Shown: positions 8,581 through 16,947, numbered from the stretch's first letter. The stretch is 27,888 nucleotides of DNA from a virus (IMGVR_UViG_3300033489_000663:1-27888), one strand, 5' to 3'. The notes: a model not told the origin generated them from the letters alone. A program made the numbers and translations.

Positions 8581-8770
8581 AGAGACGCAAGATTTTGCGA
8601 AGACGCAAATATTGCGAAGACGCAAGCAAGATTTTGCGGAGACGCAAGATTTTGCGTCTCTACGCAGACAGGGGCGGGTCTCGAGGTTGAATGATGGAAA
8701 ATGTCGAATTTTCCAGACCCGCCCCTACGAAATGGCCCGCCGTTCCGGGCGAAGGACGGGGCGGCGGGCC
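8581..8770. repeat. Composite repeat cluster: tandem family A units, family F, GC hairpin
   Basis: A units 8581-8663; F arms 8670-8681 and 8715-8726; GGCCCGCCG/CGGCGGGCC at 8734-8770. Confidence 0.9.
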
Positions 8771-8807
8771 GGGTGTGAGGAGATAATTCAATGGCCAAGA
8801 TTAGTAT

Positions 8808-9602
8808 ATGAGCTCATTCGGGATTGCCAGACGAGGCTTGATTTTGCCGAGCCTGCCACGAAATGGGGTGGCCAGAGTGGGGGAGGGGCTGAGGAGCGAC
8901 TATCCGCTGGCGGTGAGGGACAAGCTGGAGGGGCTGATCAAGATGGCGTTTGGGCCGGTATTTGGACGTGCTTTTCCTGCTCCACTTAGCTATGGAGCGG
9001 CAAAGACTCGCTATACTCTCACCTTGCAGCCAAGTGCAGCGGTGGGAATTGATAATTTTCTTCAGTCTGCAAATCCAGATACCAATGCTGGAACTAATGT
9101 AAGTATATTTATACGGACAAACCGCGTTGGATTGTTAAAATTCACTGGCATTTCTGCTATTCCCGCTGGCGCATCTATAGTTTCGGCAACATTATCACTC
9201 ACTGCATCGGTTACTGCGGCACTGAATGACACAGTTTATATAAATCGTATATTAGTCGCCAATACGAGTTGGACAGAATTGGGATCGACCTGGAATCATA
9301 CAGACGGGGTTAGTCGTTGGGCTGGAGACGTGGGCGGCAATGGAGGAGCAGACGCAGGTTGTTCCGTAAGTGGGACAGATTATAGTGCCACATTGTTGGC
9401 CTCACTTGCTGTTCTCATAACAGACCCTATTGGAACTGTATATAACATTAGTCTTAATCTTAGTGAAACAACATTGATGGTTGCCAGCAATTGTGGGATG
9501 CTTTTGAGGGCATTAATAGCACCAGGAAATATAGGTTTTGCTTCCAGCGACCATGCGACGGCGGCATACTGGCCGAAATTCGTTATAGTTTATGACGCAT
9601 AA
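8808..9602 (+). CDS. DNRLRE/CBM96-like domain virion protein
   Basis: DNFLQSANPDTN, LLKF, IPAGASIVSATLSL, WTE...TWN, FASSD, PKFVIVY. Confidence 0.75.
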   Translation: MSSFGIARRGLILPSLPRNGVARVGEGLRSDYPLAVRDKLEGLIKMAFGPVFGRAFPAPLSYGAAKTRYTLTLQPSAAVGIDNFLQSANPDTNAGTNVSIFIRTNRVGLLKFTGISAIPAGASIVSATLSLTASVTAALNDTVYINRILVANTSWTELGSTWNHTDGVSRWAGDVGGNGGADAGCSVSGTDYSATLLASLAVLITDPIGTVYNISLNLSETTLMVASNCGMLLRALIAPGNIGFASSDHATAAYWPKFVIVYDA

Positions 9603-9616
9603 AAAGGAGTAAAAAA

Positions 9617-9898
9617 ATGGCAACTAATCACATTGAATTGATTGGAAACGAAACCAGATTGGCAGGAAAGTTTCGCAGCCTGGTCGAAAGAACCAGCATC
9701 TTACAGGATGAAATGAGGCGCATGAAATTCGTCATGGACGAGGCGGGTGCAGCACCACCAACACCAGATTGGGTTGCAATTGAGGGTTTGTTTGGCTTTG
9801 CGGTCGGTAATGGAACGAAGGCATACGATTTATTGAAGACGGCGGCGGCCAAGATAAATTCGGCTGAGGTGGATAATTTCTGCAATCGCATTGGGTAA
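9617..9898 (+). CDS. Hypothetical phage protein
   Basis: 93 aa; RBS AAGGAG; tightly packed. Confidence 0.75.
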   Translation: MATNHIELIGNETRLAGKFRSLVERTSILQDEMRRMKFVMDEAGAAPPTPDWVAIEGLFGFAVGNGTKAYDLLKTAAAKINSAEVDNFCNRIG

Positions 9899-9911
9899 GT
9901 GAAGGTGAGCT

Positions 9912-10745
9912 ATGGGCGCACTAAGATGGATCGAGCTTGATTCTTTAGACAACATCGTCTCTATTGTCGCGGCGACATTGATAGCCTCATATACCTGTGA
10001 CGCCGACAGAATTGTATTCGCCGACATCTACGCACAACAGGTACAGGGCAATGGCGACTATGTCTACTATGCCACCAAGACCCCATCTGGTTTATCCGAA
10101 GGCGTGATCGGTCCCAAAACCACGCAACCGTTGGCAGCGGGGGAAACAATTTTGTGCGGCCAATCCATTGGCGTTAGTCTCCGTAGTGGCGATGTTTTGA
10201 AAATATATTTGAAGGGCGTGTCGGGGGATAATGGCAGCGTGATAGATACAAGAGTCAATTTTTACGAGGATGCTGCATTACAACCAGCAACTCTTGATGC
10301 AACTATCCAAACAACGAATCTTGATGCGGCGATTAGCAGCCGGGCAGCGGCGGGAAATGCGATGGACCTGATCGACGATGCGGTGGATGCAGGAGCGATC
10401 AAAGTGGATGCGGTGACGAAGATACAGAGCGGGCTAAGCACGCTGACGGCGGCGCAGGTAGATACGAACTTGAGCGCGGCGCATGGATCGGGAAGCTGGG
10501 AAGGCGCGTCAGGAAGCGGGTCGGTAGAGTTTATTTATACGGTGACGAACGATGACAGTGGCTTGCCGGTGGCGCAGACGTTCGTGTGGTGCACCACGGA
10601 CATTGGAGGGGACAATGTGGTGGGGAGCGGCTACACGGACGATTTCGGAGACGTGATGTTCTACCTGGACCCGGGGACGTATTATTTTTGGAGGAAGAAG
10701 TCCGGATATAACTTCGAAAATCCGGATACGGAGATGGTGACGTGA
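9912..10745 (+). CDS. Putative virion fibre/structural protein
   Basis: LDAAISSRA fibre-like repeat; C-terminal beta-sandwich-like TDDFG.VMFYLDPGTYY. Confidence 0.65.
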   Translation: MGALRWIELDSLDNIVSIVAATLIASYTCDADRIVFADIYAQQVQGNGDYVYYATKTPSGLSEGVIGPKTTQPLAAGETILCGQSIGVSLRSGDVLKIYLKGVSGDNGSVIDTRVNFYEDAALQPATLDATIQTTNLDAAISSRAAAGNAMDLIDDAVDAGAIKVDAVTKIQSGLSTLTAAQVDTNLSAAHGSGSWEGASGSGSVEFIYTVTNDDSGLPVAQTFVWCTTDIGGDNVVGSGYTDDFGDVMFYLDPGTYYFWRKKSGYNFENPDTEMVT

Positions 10746-10751
10746 TGGCAA

Positions 10752-10793
10752 ACCTCACCCTCACCCCAACCCTCTCCCTTTCAGGGAGAGGGG
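10752..10793. repeat. Repeat family B hairpin
   Basis: CCTCACCCTCACCCCAACCCTCTCCC-TTTCA-GGGAGAGGG. Confidence 0.9.
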
Positions 10794-10833
10794 AATTAAG
10801 AAGAAGGGAGAGGGGGAATAAGGAGGAAATGAG

Positions 10834-11304
10834 ATGACACAAACTGGCGAGGGCACAGGAACAGTTGCGGTAAGCGGCGACATCGATGATGCAGTGGCGC
10901 TGCTCATTCCCAGGCTGAGGAGAATGACAACGGAGCCGACGACGGAAACTTACAGCGATGCAGACCTGGCATCGTTCATCGAGGCGCATCCGCTGGAGGA
11001 CGCTAGGGGCGAGGGGCCGCTGGTGGAAAGCGAGACGGACCCGGGGACGCTGGAAGAGAACCCGGATTGGACGGCGACGTACGACTTGAACGCGGCGGCG
11101 GCGGATGTGTGGGAGGAGAAGGCGGGGATACTAGCGCAGGATTACGATTACTCGGCGGATGGGGGAAATTATTCCAGGAGCCAGGCGTACGAGCAGGCGA
11201 TGAAGCAGGCGAGGTATTTCCGGTCGAAGAGGATCTGGAAGACGGTGACGATGAGGCCGGAGCCTTTGGCACAGGGAAGTGAGGAGTTAGGGGATGAGGA
11301 TTAA
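10834..11304 (+). CDS. Head-tail connector (adaptor) protein
   Basis: LRRM...YSDADL..F, YDLNAAAADVWEEKA, YSRSQ pattern of gp15-like adaptors; position in module. Confidence 0.7.
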   Translation: MTQTGEGTGTVAVSGDIDDAVALLIPRLRRMTTEPTTETYSDADLASFIEAHPLEDARGEGPLVESETDPGTLEENPDWTATYDLNAAAADVWEEKAGILAQDYDYSADGGNYSRSQAYEQAMKQARYFRSKRIWKTVTMRPEPLAQGSEELGDED

Positions 11305-11311
11305 AGACTTT

Positions 11312-11347
11312 AACACGAATAACACGAATTTTGCTAATTACACGAAT
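11312..11347 (+). repeat. Repeat family D
   Basis: AACACGAAT AACACGAAT TTTGCTAAT TACACGAAT. Confidence 0.85.
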
Positions 11348-11379
11348 GGATTTATATATCAAAAAATGGATAAGGAATC

Positions 11380-12396
11380 ATGGTGATCGGATCGAGGCAG
11401 CCGGGACGATTGCAGATTTTGATGGAGGAGTTCAGGCGGCAGATGATGATCGGGGATACAGCGCAGCAGCTTTACATGGCGCAGCGATGGTTGCAGGTGG
11501 AGGCGGCGCTGGAGGGGGCTATGGCGGCGCTGGCGCTGGAAGCGGCGGAGCTGAAGGCGGCGGGGAAACCGGTCAGCCAATCGGCGATTTACGAGATGGA
11601 GAGATACCGCAGGCTGCTGGGGCAGGCGAGGATAGAGACGATTCGATATCAGAAGTGGGCAACGAAGGAGATCGAGGGGAGACAGGGGGAGCTGGCCAGG
11701 CTAGGTATCCAGCATTCGCAGAAACTGATCCGGGCGAGCTATATGGAGGCGGGAAAGGCAGTGGCCAGGTTCGATCTGCTGCCAGTGGAAGCGGTGGAGG
11801 CGATGATCGGATACGCCAGCAACGGGAAACCGCTGTACGACCTGCTGTTCAGGAGCTACCCGGATACGATCGAGGGACTGACGGATATCTTGATCGAATC
11901 GACGGCGAAGGGGGTCAATCCCAGGCAGACGGCGAAGCTGATGGCGAAGGAGATGGCGGGGAATTTGCAGAGGTCGCTGACAGTGGCCAGGACGGAGCAA
12001 CTCAGGGCTTATCGGAGGGCGAGCACGGAGCAGATGAAGGAAAGCGGGGTAGTGGAGGGCTGGATATGGCGGAGCGCGATGCAATCGACGACGTGCCTGG
12101 TATGTATTGCAATGGACGGGACGGAGCACGACCTGGAGGAGGAGCTGGACGACCACCCGAATGGGCGATGCTTCAAACAGCCGAAGATCAAGGGATTGGC
12201 ACCGGTGGAGGCGAGGAGCAGCGAGGATTGGTTCCGATCGCAGACGGAAGAGAGGCAGGTTTCAATGATGGGCGACAGGCTTTTCGAGGCGTGGAAGGAA
12301 GGGCGGGTTGGGTTCGGGGACCTGGCGGGGAGGGTGGATTCGGAGGAATGGGGAAGCCACGTGCATGTGAAGAGTTTGGAGGAGTTGGGGATTTAA
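11380..12396 (+). CDS. Minor head morphogenesis protein (SPP1 gp7 / Mu F-like)
   Basis: VARTE..RAY, W.W, TCLVC..MDG, DHPNGRC. Confidence 0.88.
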   Translation: MVIGSRQPGRLQILMEEFRRQMMIGDTAQQLYMAQRWLQVEAALEGAMAALALEAAELKAAGKPVSQSAIYEMERYRRLLGQARIETIRYQKWATKEIEGRQGELARLGIQHSQKLIRASYMEAGKAVARFDLLPVEAVEAMIGYASNGKPLYDLLFRSYPDTIEGLTDILIESTAKGVNPRQTAKLMAKEMAGNLQRSLTVARTEQLRAYRRASTEQMKESGVVEGWIWRSAMQSTTCLVCIAMDGTEHDLEEELDDHPNGRCFKQPKIKGLAPVEARSSEDWFRSQTEERQVSMMGDRLFEAWKEGRVGFGDLAGRVDSEEWGSHVHVKSLEELGI

Positions 12397-12495
12397 ACGC
12401 GAATGGCGCGAATGAGCGAATGATTGCCGAGAGTACTCGGCGCGAATGTTTAATAAATCGGTGAAAATTAGAGACGCAAAATATTGCGTCTGTAC
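12396..12495. repeat. Composite: family D units, family E hairpin, family A
   Basis: D 12396-12421 and 12439-12447; E 12426-12441; A 12469-12495. Confidence 0.88.
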
Positions 12496-12504
12496 GAAGA
12501 AAAG

Positions 12505-12879
12505 ATGAGAAATTTTACGAGCACGGAGCTGGAGAGGATGCAAGGGACGCAGGAGGAGGGGATGATGGATATCTGCGACCTGCTGGAGCACGTGGAAACG
12601 GACCGGAAAGATGAGTATGGTAAGCCGGTGGAACAGTGGGTGGCCAGGAGCGGGCTGGCGTGCGGGCTGGATCTACGGTCCAGCGGGGAAGTGAGGAACG
12701 CGGAAGCGGATTTGTGGGACGTCAGACTGAGGCTGCCGATCGATACGGAGGTGAGCAGGGTGGACCGGGTGGTGATCACCCACCGGTTCGGGGCGCTGCT
12801 GGGGGAGCCGATGCTGTTTCAGGTGGAGGGGGAAGCGCTTAGAGGACCGTCGGGATTGGTGCTGAAGTTAAAGAATTAA
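12505..12879 (+). CDS. Head closure (stopper) protein
   Basis: DEYGKPVEQW, LRLPIDTEV...DRV; synteny. Start moved to ATG 12505. Confidence 0.7.
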   Translation: MRNFTSTELERMQGTQEEGMMDICDLLEHVETDRKDEYGKPVEQWVARSGLACGLDLRSSGEVRNAEADLWDVRLRLPIDTEVSRVDRVVITHRFGALLGEPMLFQVEGEALRGPSGLVLKLKN

Positions 12880-12912
12880 CGCGAATGACACGAATATGCG
12901 AATAACGCGAAT
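12878..12912 (+). repeat. Repeat family D
   Basis: Four units; overlaps the upstream TAA. Confidence 0.88.
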
Positions 12913-12938
12913 GTTATTTTTTATAAGGAATTGTTTAG

Positions 12939-13397
12939 ATGAGTGAAGAAGGCGTGGAAGTTAGGATGTACCTGGATCACGTAAAGGTGACGGTGAAGGA
13001 GGCGACGGAGGAGGTGTTGAAGGCGCTGGGGTTCAGGATCGTGGAGCGGACGCAGCTCAATATCCGGGAGAACGACCAGATCGATACGGGTTTCATGGTT
13101 AATTCGGTATATCCGATCTGGAAGGAGGGGAGCGGGTATGAAGGGGCGGCGAGCGAGGCGGCGCAATATAACGTGAGGAAGACGGGCGAAGTGGTTGGAG
13201 GGATCAGGATGGCGCCGGAGGAGCATCTTCCGGAGGACGCCATGGCGGGAGTGGTGGTGGGGGCGAACTACGCCATCTACCAGGAGGAAATAAATCCTTT
13301 CTTGTATCCGGCGGCGGAGCAAGCGGCGAGCGAGTTCGAAGGGGAAGCGGAGAAGATCTACCGGGAGGAAATGCCGGAGGAGGGATCCAGGATATGA
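12939..13397 (+). CDS. HK97 gp10-like neck/tail-completion protein
   Basis: IDTG.M.NS, V..NYAIYQE, PFLYPAAE. Confidence 0.85.
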   Translation: MSEEGVEVRMYLDHVKVTVKEATEEVLKALGFRIVERTQLNIRENDQIDTGFMVNSVYPIWKEGSGYEGAASEAAQYNVRKTGEVVGGIRMAPEEHLPEDAMAGVVVGANYAIYQEEINPFLYPAAEQAASEFEGEAEKIYREEMPEEGSRI

Positions 13398-13789
13398 TCG
13401 ACGTCGAGGCGGTAGTGCGGTCATGGCTGATTACAATAGACAAGCTCACTGCCGAGTTCGGGACGAGGATCTATGCGGGGAGATATCTGCCTTCGGGATA
13501 CAAGACAGCGGATGGTCCAGCGCTTTTGTTTGCGGTGCGGGGAGGGAGACAGGATTATTCGAGCAAGATACTGGAGTCGAGCATGCAGTTCCGGGTATAT
13601 GGAGAGACGGAGGGCGAGGCGAGAAAGGCGTCGCAGGCGGTTTACGATGGGATCAACGACCAGCAGGCGAGGGGGATATGTTACGCCAGAATGGAGGAGG
13701 GGACGATGCCGGTGCTGATGACGGAGCCGGGGTCGGATTGGCCTTACGTGCTGATGTATTTCAAGTTTTTCATACAAAATGATGAATAA
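13394..13789 (+). CDS. Tail terminator protein
   Basis: RIYAG..LP, MQFRVYG..A...AVYD; follows the gp10-like gene with ATGA overlap. Confidence 0.75.
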   Translation: MIDVEAVVRSWLITIDKLTAEFGTRIYAGRYLPSGYKTADGPALLFAVRGGRQDYSSKILESSMQFRVYGETEGEARKASQAVYDGINDQQARGICYARMEEGTMPVLMTEPGSDWPYVLMYFKFFIQNDE

Positions 13790-13796
13790 AAGATTT

Positions 13797-13875
13797 AACG
13801 CGAATGGCGCGAATAGGCGAATAACGCGAATATTTTTAATAATATGGGCGAAAGCCCATGCCGAGAGTACTCGGT
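13797..13875 (+). repeat. Family D followed by double hairpin (family E)
   Basis: D 13797-13831; ATGGGC-GAAA-GCCCAT 13844-13859; GCCGAG-AGTA-CTCGGT 13860-13875. Confidence 0.85.
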
Positions 13876-13890
13876 TAAGGAGAGTGTGAG

Positions 13891-14109
13891 GTGAATAAGT
13901 TCGATGAGATGAACGCGGAGCAGATCAGGGAATACCTGGAAGGGAAGAAATGCTCGCTGGAAGAAGTGCGGGACATCTACAGCCACGAGGCGAACGGCGA
14001 GATGAGAGAGGATGTGATGGAGGCGATCGGTAAGCATATGGCCGGATTGATAGGTCCAGAAAAGAAGGCCAAGGCGAAGCCGAAGGCCAAAGTGGAGAAG
14101 AAGGGATGA
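13891..14109 (+). CDS. Small helical protein with Lys-rich tail
   Basis: GTG start behind AAGGAG; 72 aa. Confidence 0.75.
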   Translation: MNKFDEMNAEQIREYLEGKKCSLEEVRDIYSHEANGEMREDVMEAIGKHMAGLIGPEKKAKAKPKAKVEKKG

Positions 14110-14139
14110 ATTGCCGATGACAATCGGATGTCGAGAATG

Positions 14140-14164
14140 GAGACGCAAAATCTTGCGTCTCTAC
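14140..14164. repeat. Repeat family A
   Basis: GAGACGCAAAATCTTGCGTCTCTAC. Confidence 0.9.
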
Positions 14165-14180
14165 GGAGGAAGGTGAATAT

Positions 14181-14423
14181 ATGATCGATTTTGATCTGAA
14201 TGGAATGAGCGCCAGGCAGGTGCTGGCATATTTGAAAAGGCATCAGGTAGGTCGGGGGCTGCTGCCGAATATCAATGCGACGGAAAAGACATACCGGAGA
14301 AGACCGGAGGTATTGAAGGCTTTGAGGGATTACCAGATCTGGTTGGCGGAAATCAATAAACCGGTGGAGACAGAGATCGAGGAGGAACAGATCGAGACGC
14401 AAAATATTGCGTCTCTACAATAA
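14181..14423 (+). CDS. Small helical protein; C-terminus encoded by a family A repeat
   Basis: 80 aa; RBS GGAGG/AAGG; last residues ETQNIASLQ come from 14394-14418. Confidence 0.7.
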   Translation: MIDFDLNGMSARQVLAYLKRHQVGRGLLPNINATEKTYRRRPEVLKALRDYQIWLAEINKPVETEIEEEQIETQNIASLQ

Positions 14424-14443
14424 GACGAGAGGAGAGATGAGGT

Positions 14444-14824
14444 ATGACGGCAGATTATGATAATGCAGTGGTATTGACGGTGCTGGAGATCAGCCGGGCG
14501 GGAAAATCGCTGGATAAACTGGCAGTGACGCCAACGGCGACGGATGGAAACAAGTTTCTGAATGATGGGAAGACATTCCTGTTCGTGAGGAATGGGTCGG
14601 GCGGAGATATCACAGTGACTTTCGACTGCCCAGGCTCGGTGGACGGAGCGGCGATCGCTGACCTGGTGGTGACGGTGAAGGCGACCGGCGATGGAAACGG
14701 GCTGGACGAGCTGCTGATCGGGCCGTTCACGGCGATATTCAATCAGTCGGATGGTTACGTGTGGGCGGTGTTCTCGGCGGTGACAACGGTTATTACGGCG
14801 GCGTTCAGGTTGGCGAACCCGTAA
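14444..14824 (+). CDS. Virion accessory protein, paralog 1
   Basis: 126 aa, beta-rich; highly similar to 14898..15272. Confidence 0.8.
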   Translation: MTADYDNAVVLTVLEISRAGKSLDKLAVTPTATDGNKFLNDGKTFLFVRNGSGGDITVTFDCPGSVDGAAIADLVVTVKATGDGNGLDELLIGPFTAIFNQSDGYVWAVFSAVTTVITAAFRLANP

Positions 14825-14825
14825 A

Positions 14826-14880
14826 AATTTCGAATTTGGAAATTGGAAATTGGAATTGAGAATTGGGAATTGCGGAATTT
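14826..14880 (+). repeat. Repeat family G (degenerate GAATT 6-8-mer array)
   Basis: aatttcg aatttgga aattgga aattgg aattgag aattggg aattgcgg aattt. Confidence 0.8.
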
Positions 14881-14897
14881 GAAAGGAGAGATGAGAT

Positions 14898-15272
14898 ATG
14901 GGTTATTCAAGCGCAACGGTGTTGACAGTGCAGGAGATCAGCCGGGCGGGGAAGTCGGTGACGGAGCAACTGGCGGCGGCGACGGCGACGCACGGAGATA
15001 AGTTCCTGAACGATGGAAAGACTTTCCTGCGGATCAAGAACGGCGACGCCAGCCCGATCACGGTGACAATCCAAACGCCAGGTACTATAGATGGCCAGGC
15101 GCTGGCGGATCTGACGGTGACGATTGCGGCTACGGCAGACGAGGATGGGCTGGACTTCCAGGACATCGGGCCTTTTACGGCGATCTACAACCAATCGGAT
15201 GGATACGTGTGGGCGTTGTGCTCGGCGGTAACGAGCGTCACGATCGGGGCATACCGACTAACAAATCCGTAG
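14898..15272 (+). CDS. Virion accessory protein, paralog 2
   Basis: Shares EISRAGKS, KFLNDGKTFL, IGPFTAI.NQSDGYVWA with paralog 1. Confidence 0.8.
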   Translation: MGYSSATVLTVQEISRAGKSVTEQLAAATATHGDKFLNDGKTFLRIKNGDASPITVTIQTPGTIDGQALADLTVTIAATADEDGLDFQDIGPFTAIYNQSDGYVWALCSAVTSVTIGAYRLTNP

Positions 15273-15280
15273 GGATTTGG

Positions 15281-15316
15281 AACGCGAATGACACGAAATT
15301 GGCGAATAACACGAAA
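15281..15316 (+). repeat. Repeat family D
   Basis: AACGCGAAT GACACGAAA TTGGCGAAT AACACGAAA. Confidence 0.85.
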
Positions 15317-15335
15317 GAATTGAAAGGAGAATAAG

Positions 15336-15929
15336 ATGGCAGTAGCAGACATTATCGTGAGCCCGTGTTTGATCTATTATTCGACGCCGGGGACGACTTT
15401 ACCGGCGGATACGGTGGCGGCGGGCGGGGCGTGGCCAGCGGGCTGGACTGCGCTGGGATATACCGAGACGCCGCTTTCGGTGGAATTGAAGCGGGACAAG
15501 GTGGAGGTGGACATCCAGGAGTCGCTGACGCCAATCAAGAAGGCAGTGCAAAAGGAAGAGCTGACGGTGGAGACCACGTTGTCGGAGCTGCTGGGGAGCG
15601 AGCTCAACCTGGCCTGGGGAGGTACGTACAGCCCAACGGCGGCAGGAGCGGGGCAACCGGCGAAGGAAGAGATCATTGGCGGCGACGTGACCACGCTTAC
15701 CGAGAGGCAATGGGGCTTCGAAGGAAAGTACGTCAGCGCGGCGGGAACTACGCACCCGATCCGGTTCTACATCTGGAAGGGGATCTGCGAGCTGGGCTGC
15801 AAGCTGGAGTTCGGGAAGTCGAAGGACGTGGGGATCGCACTGCGGATCGAGGCCAATCCGGACATGACCAAGGCAGTGGGGCAGAGGGTGTGGAAGCTGG
15901 TGAGGATCACCGCGCCGGCAACATCGTAG
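15336..15929 (+). CDS. Major tail tube protein
   Basis: WTALGYT, T.ETTLSE...L.LA.G; 197 aa; upstream of chaperone and tape measure. Confidence 0.85.
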   Translation: MAVADIIVSPCLIYYSTPGTTLPADTVAAGGAWPAGWTALGYTETPLSVELKRDKVEVDIQESLTPIKKAVQKEELTVETTLSELLGSELNLAWGGTYSPTAAGAGQPAKEEIIGGDVTTLTERQWGFEGKYVSAAGTTHPIRFYIWKGICELGCKLEFGKSKDVGIALRIEANPDMTKAVGQRVWKLVRITAPATS

Positions 15930-15950
15930 GAGGGGCGGATGGATCGATAA

Positions 15951-16006
15951 GGGCGGGTCTAGTGGATTTTATATGATGCATTTTGATTGTGCAGACCCGC
16001 CCGTAC
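15951..16006. repeat. Repeat family F with long loop
   Basis: GGGCGGGTCT (15951-15960) pairs with AGACCCGCCC (15993-16002), followed by GTAC. Confidence 0.8.
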
Positions 16007-16025
16007 ATGGAAATGGAGGCGAGGA

Positions 16026-16454
16026 ATGGCGAAAGTGATGCTAGGAGGAGTAGAGTACGAGCTGAAACCGATCCCGCTGAGACCGGCCAGGGAGCTGAGG
16101 GAGAAGATTGCAGGCCAGGTGGAGGGATTTGCCAGATCGATCAGCACGCTGGAGGGAGTGGAGATCAACAAGATGGAGGAGGTTGGCGAGCTGATCAGCA
16201 GCCTGGGGATGACGGCAGCCAATTCGATGGATATGATTGCGGATTGGCTATTCGAATTCTCGGCTGAGCTAAGGGCGGATAAGAATCGAATCGAGGAGAC
16301 GGCGACCGACGAGGAGGTGCTGAAGGCATTCTGGGAGGCGCTGAAGATGCTCTACCCTTTCGGATCGATGATGGGATCGCTGAGTGGCCTGGCGGGGAAG
16401 GCGATCTCGATGAGCTCGCGCTTAGCCAATGGGGATACTGGGCGGACGAATTAG
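16026..16454 (+). CDS. Tail assembly chaperone (gpG-like)
   Basis: Follows the tail tube gene; ATG 16026 behind GGAGG/GAGG; contains an in-phase slippery heptamer. Confidence 0.8.
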   Translation: MAKVMLGGVEYELKPIPLRPARELREKIAGQVEGFARSISTLEGVEINKMEEVGELISSLGMTAANSMDMIADWLFEFSAELRADKNRIEETATDEEVLKAFWEALKMLYPFGSMMGSLSGLAGKAISMSSRLANGDTGRTN

Positions 16455-16609
16455 ACGAGACGACATTGACCTGGCTGGCAAGGGCTTACGTGAGAAGGAA
16501 GCAATTCGAGGGAACGGCGAGCCTGGCGGCGATGGGAAAGGCGGTGCAAGAGGGGAAGAGGGAGAGGATTGCTCCGGAGGCGATGATGGCGATGATGGGG
16601 GGTTTCTAG
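16355..16609 (+). CDS. -1 frameshift extension of the tail chaperone (gpGT-like)
   Basis: C CCT TTC at 16355-16361; -1 frame open to TAG 16607-16609 (PFRIDDGIAEWPGGEGDLDELALSQWGYW...AMMGGF). Confidence 0.75.
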   Translation, partial: PFRIDDGIAEWPGGEGDLDELALSQWGYWADELDETTLTWLARAYVRRKQFEGTASLAAMGKAVQEGKRERIAPEAMMAMMGGF

Positions 16610-16610
16610 G

Positions 16611-16647
16611 AAAGTTAGAACGTTCAAACGTTTAACGTTAAAACGTT
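16611..16647. repeat. Repeat family C
   Basis: AAAGTT plus four AACGTT. Confidence 0.9.
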
Positions 16648-16662
16648 GAAATGGAGGATGAG

Positions 16663-16944
16663 ATGCCTTATCCAAACGAACATTCGGCGAGGGTGCGGGA
16701 CCCGGGAAATTTCCAGGCGGACAGCTTCCGGCGGAAGGAGGTTGCGCCGGGGATCTCGATTGTTATGGGCAGGCTGAAGGGAAGCACGAGCATGACGGCG
16801 CAGGCGTACCGCTTCGATCGGACGAAGTTCACGCCGGAAGAAGCCAGAAAATGGCTGGAAGAGCACGACGTCAAATTTATCTCGTTCGAGGCGGCTTCGA
16901 ACGAGAAGATGGATAGATTAATCCGGAAGGCAGCGGGTAGGTAA
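16663..16944 (+). CDS. Hypothetical phage protein (MPYPNEHSAR...)
   Basis: RBS GGAGG; 93 aa; flanked on both sides by family C arrays. Confidence 0.8.
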   Translation: MPYPNEHSARVRDPGNFQADSFRRKEVAPGISIVMGRLKGSTSMTAQAYRFDRTKFTPEEARKWLEEHDVKFISFEAASNEKMDRLIRKAAGR

Positions 16945-16947
16945 AAT

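Noticed and set aside
8581-8663. CRISPR array
   Set aside because: Units abut or are truncated, with no unique spacers of regular length and no cas genes.
11331-12464. 377-aa Gly-rich ORF and similar overlapping ORFs (2481..3125, 20661..21392, 26947..27762)
   Set aside because: Off-frame or antisense products of G-rich DNA overlapping motif-bearing genes.
14444-15272. Invertible or shufflon segment
   Set aside because: The paralogues are in direct orientation and each is complete with its own RBS.
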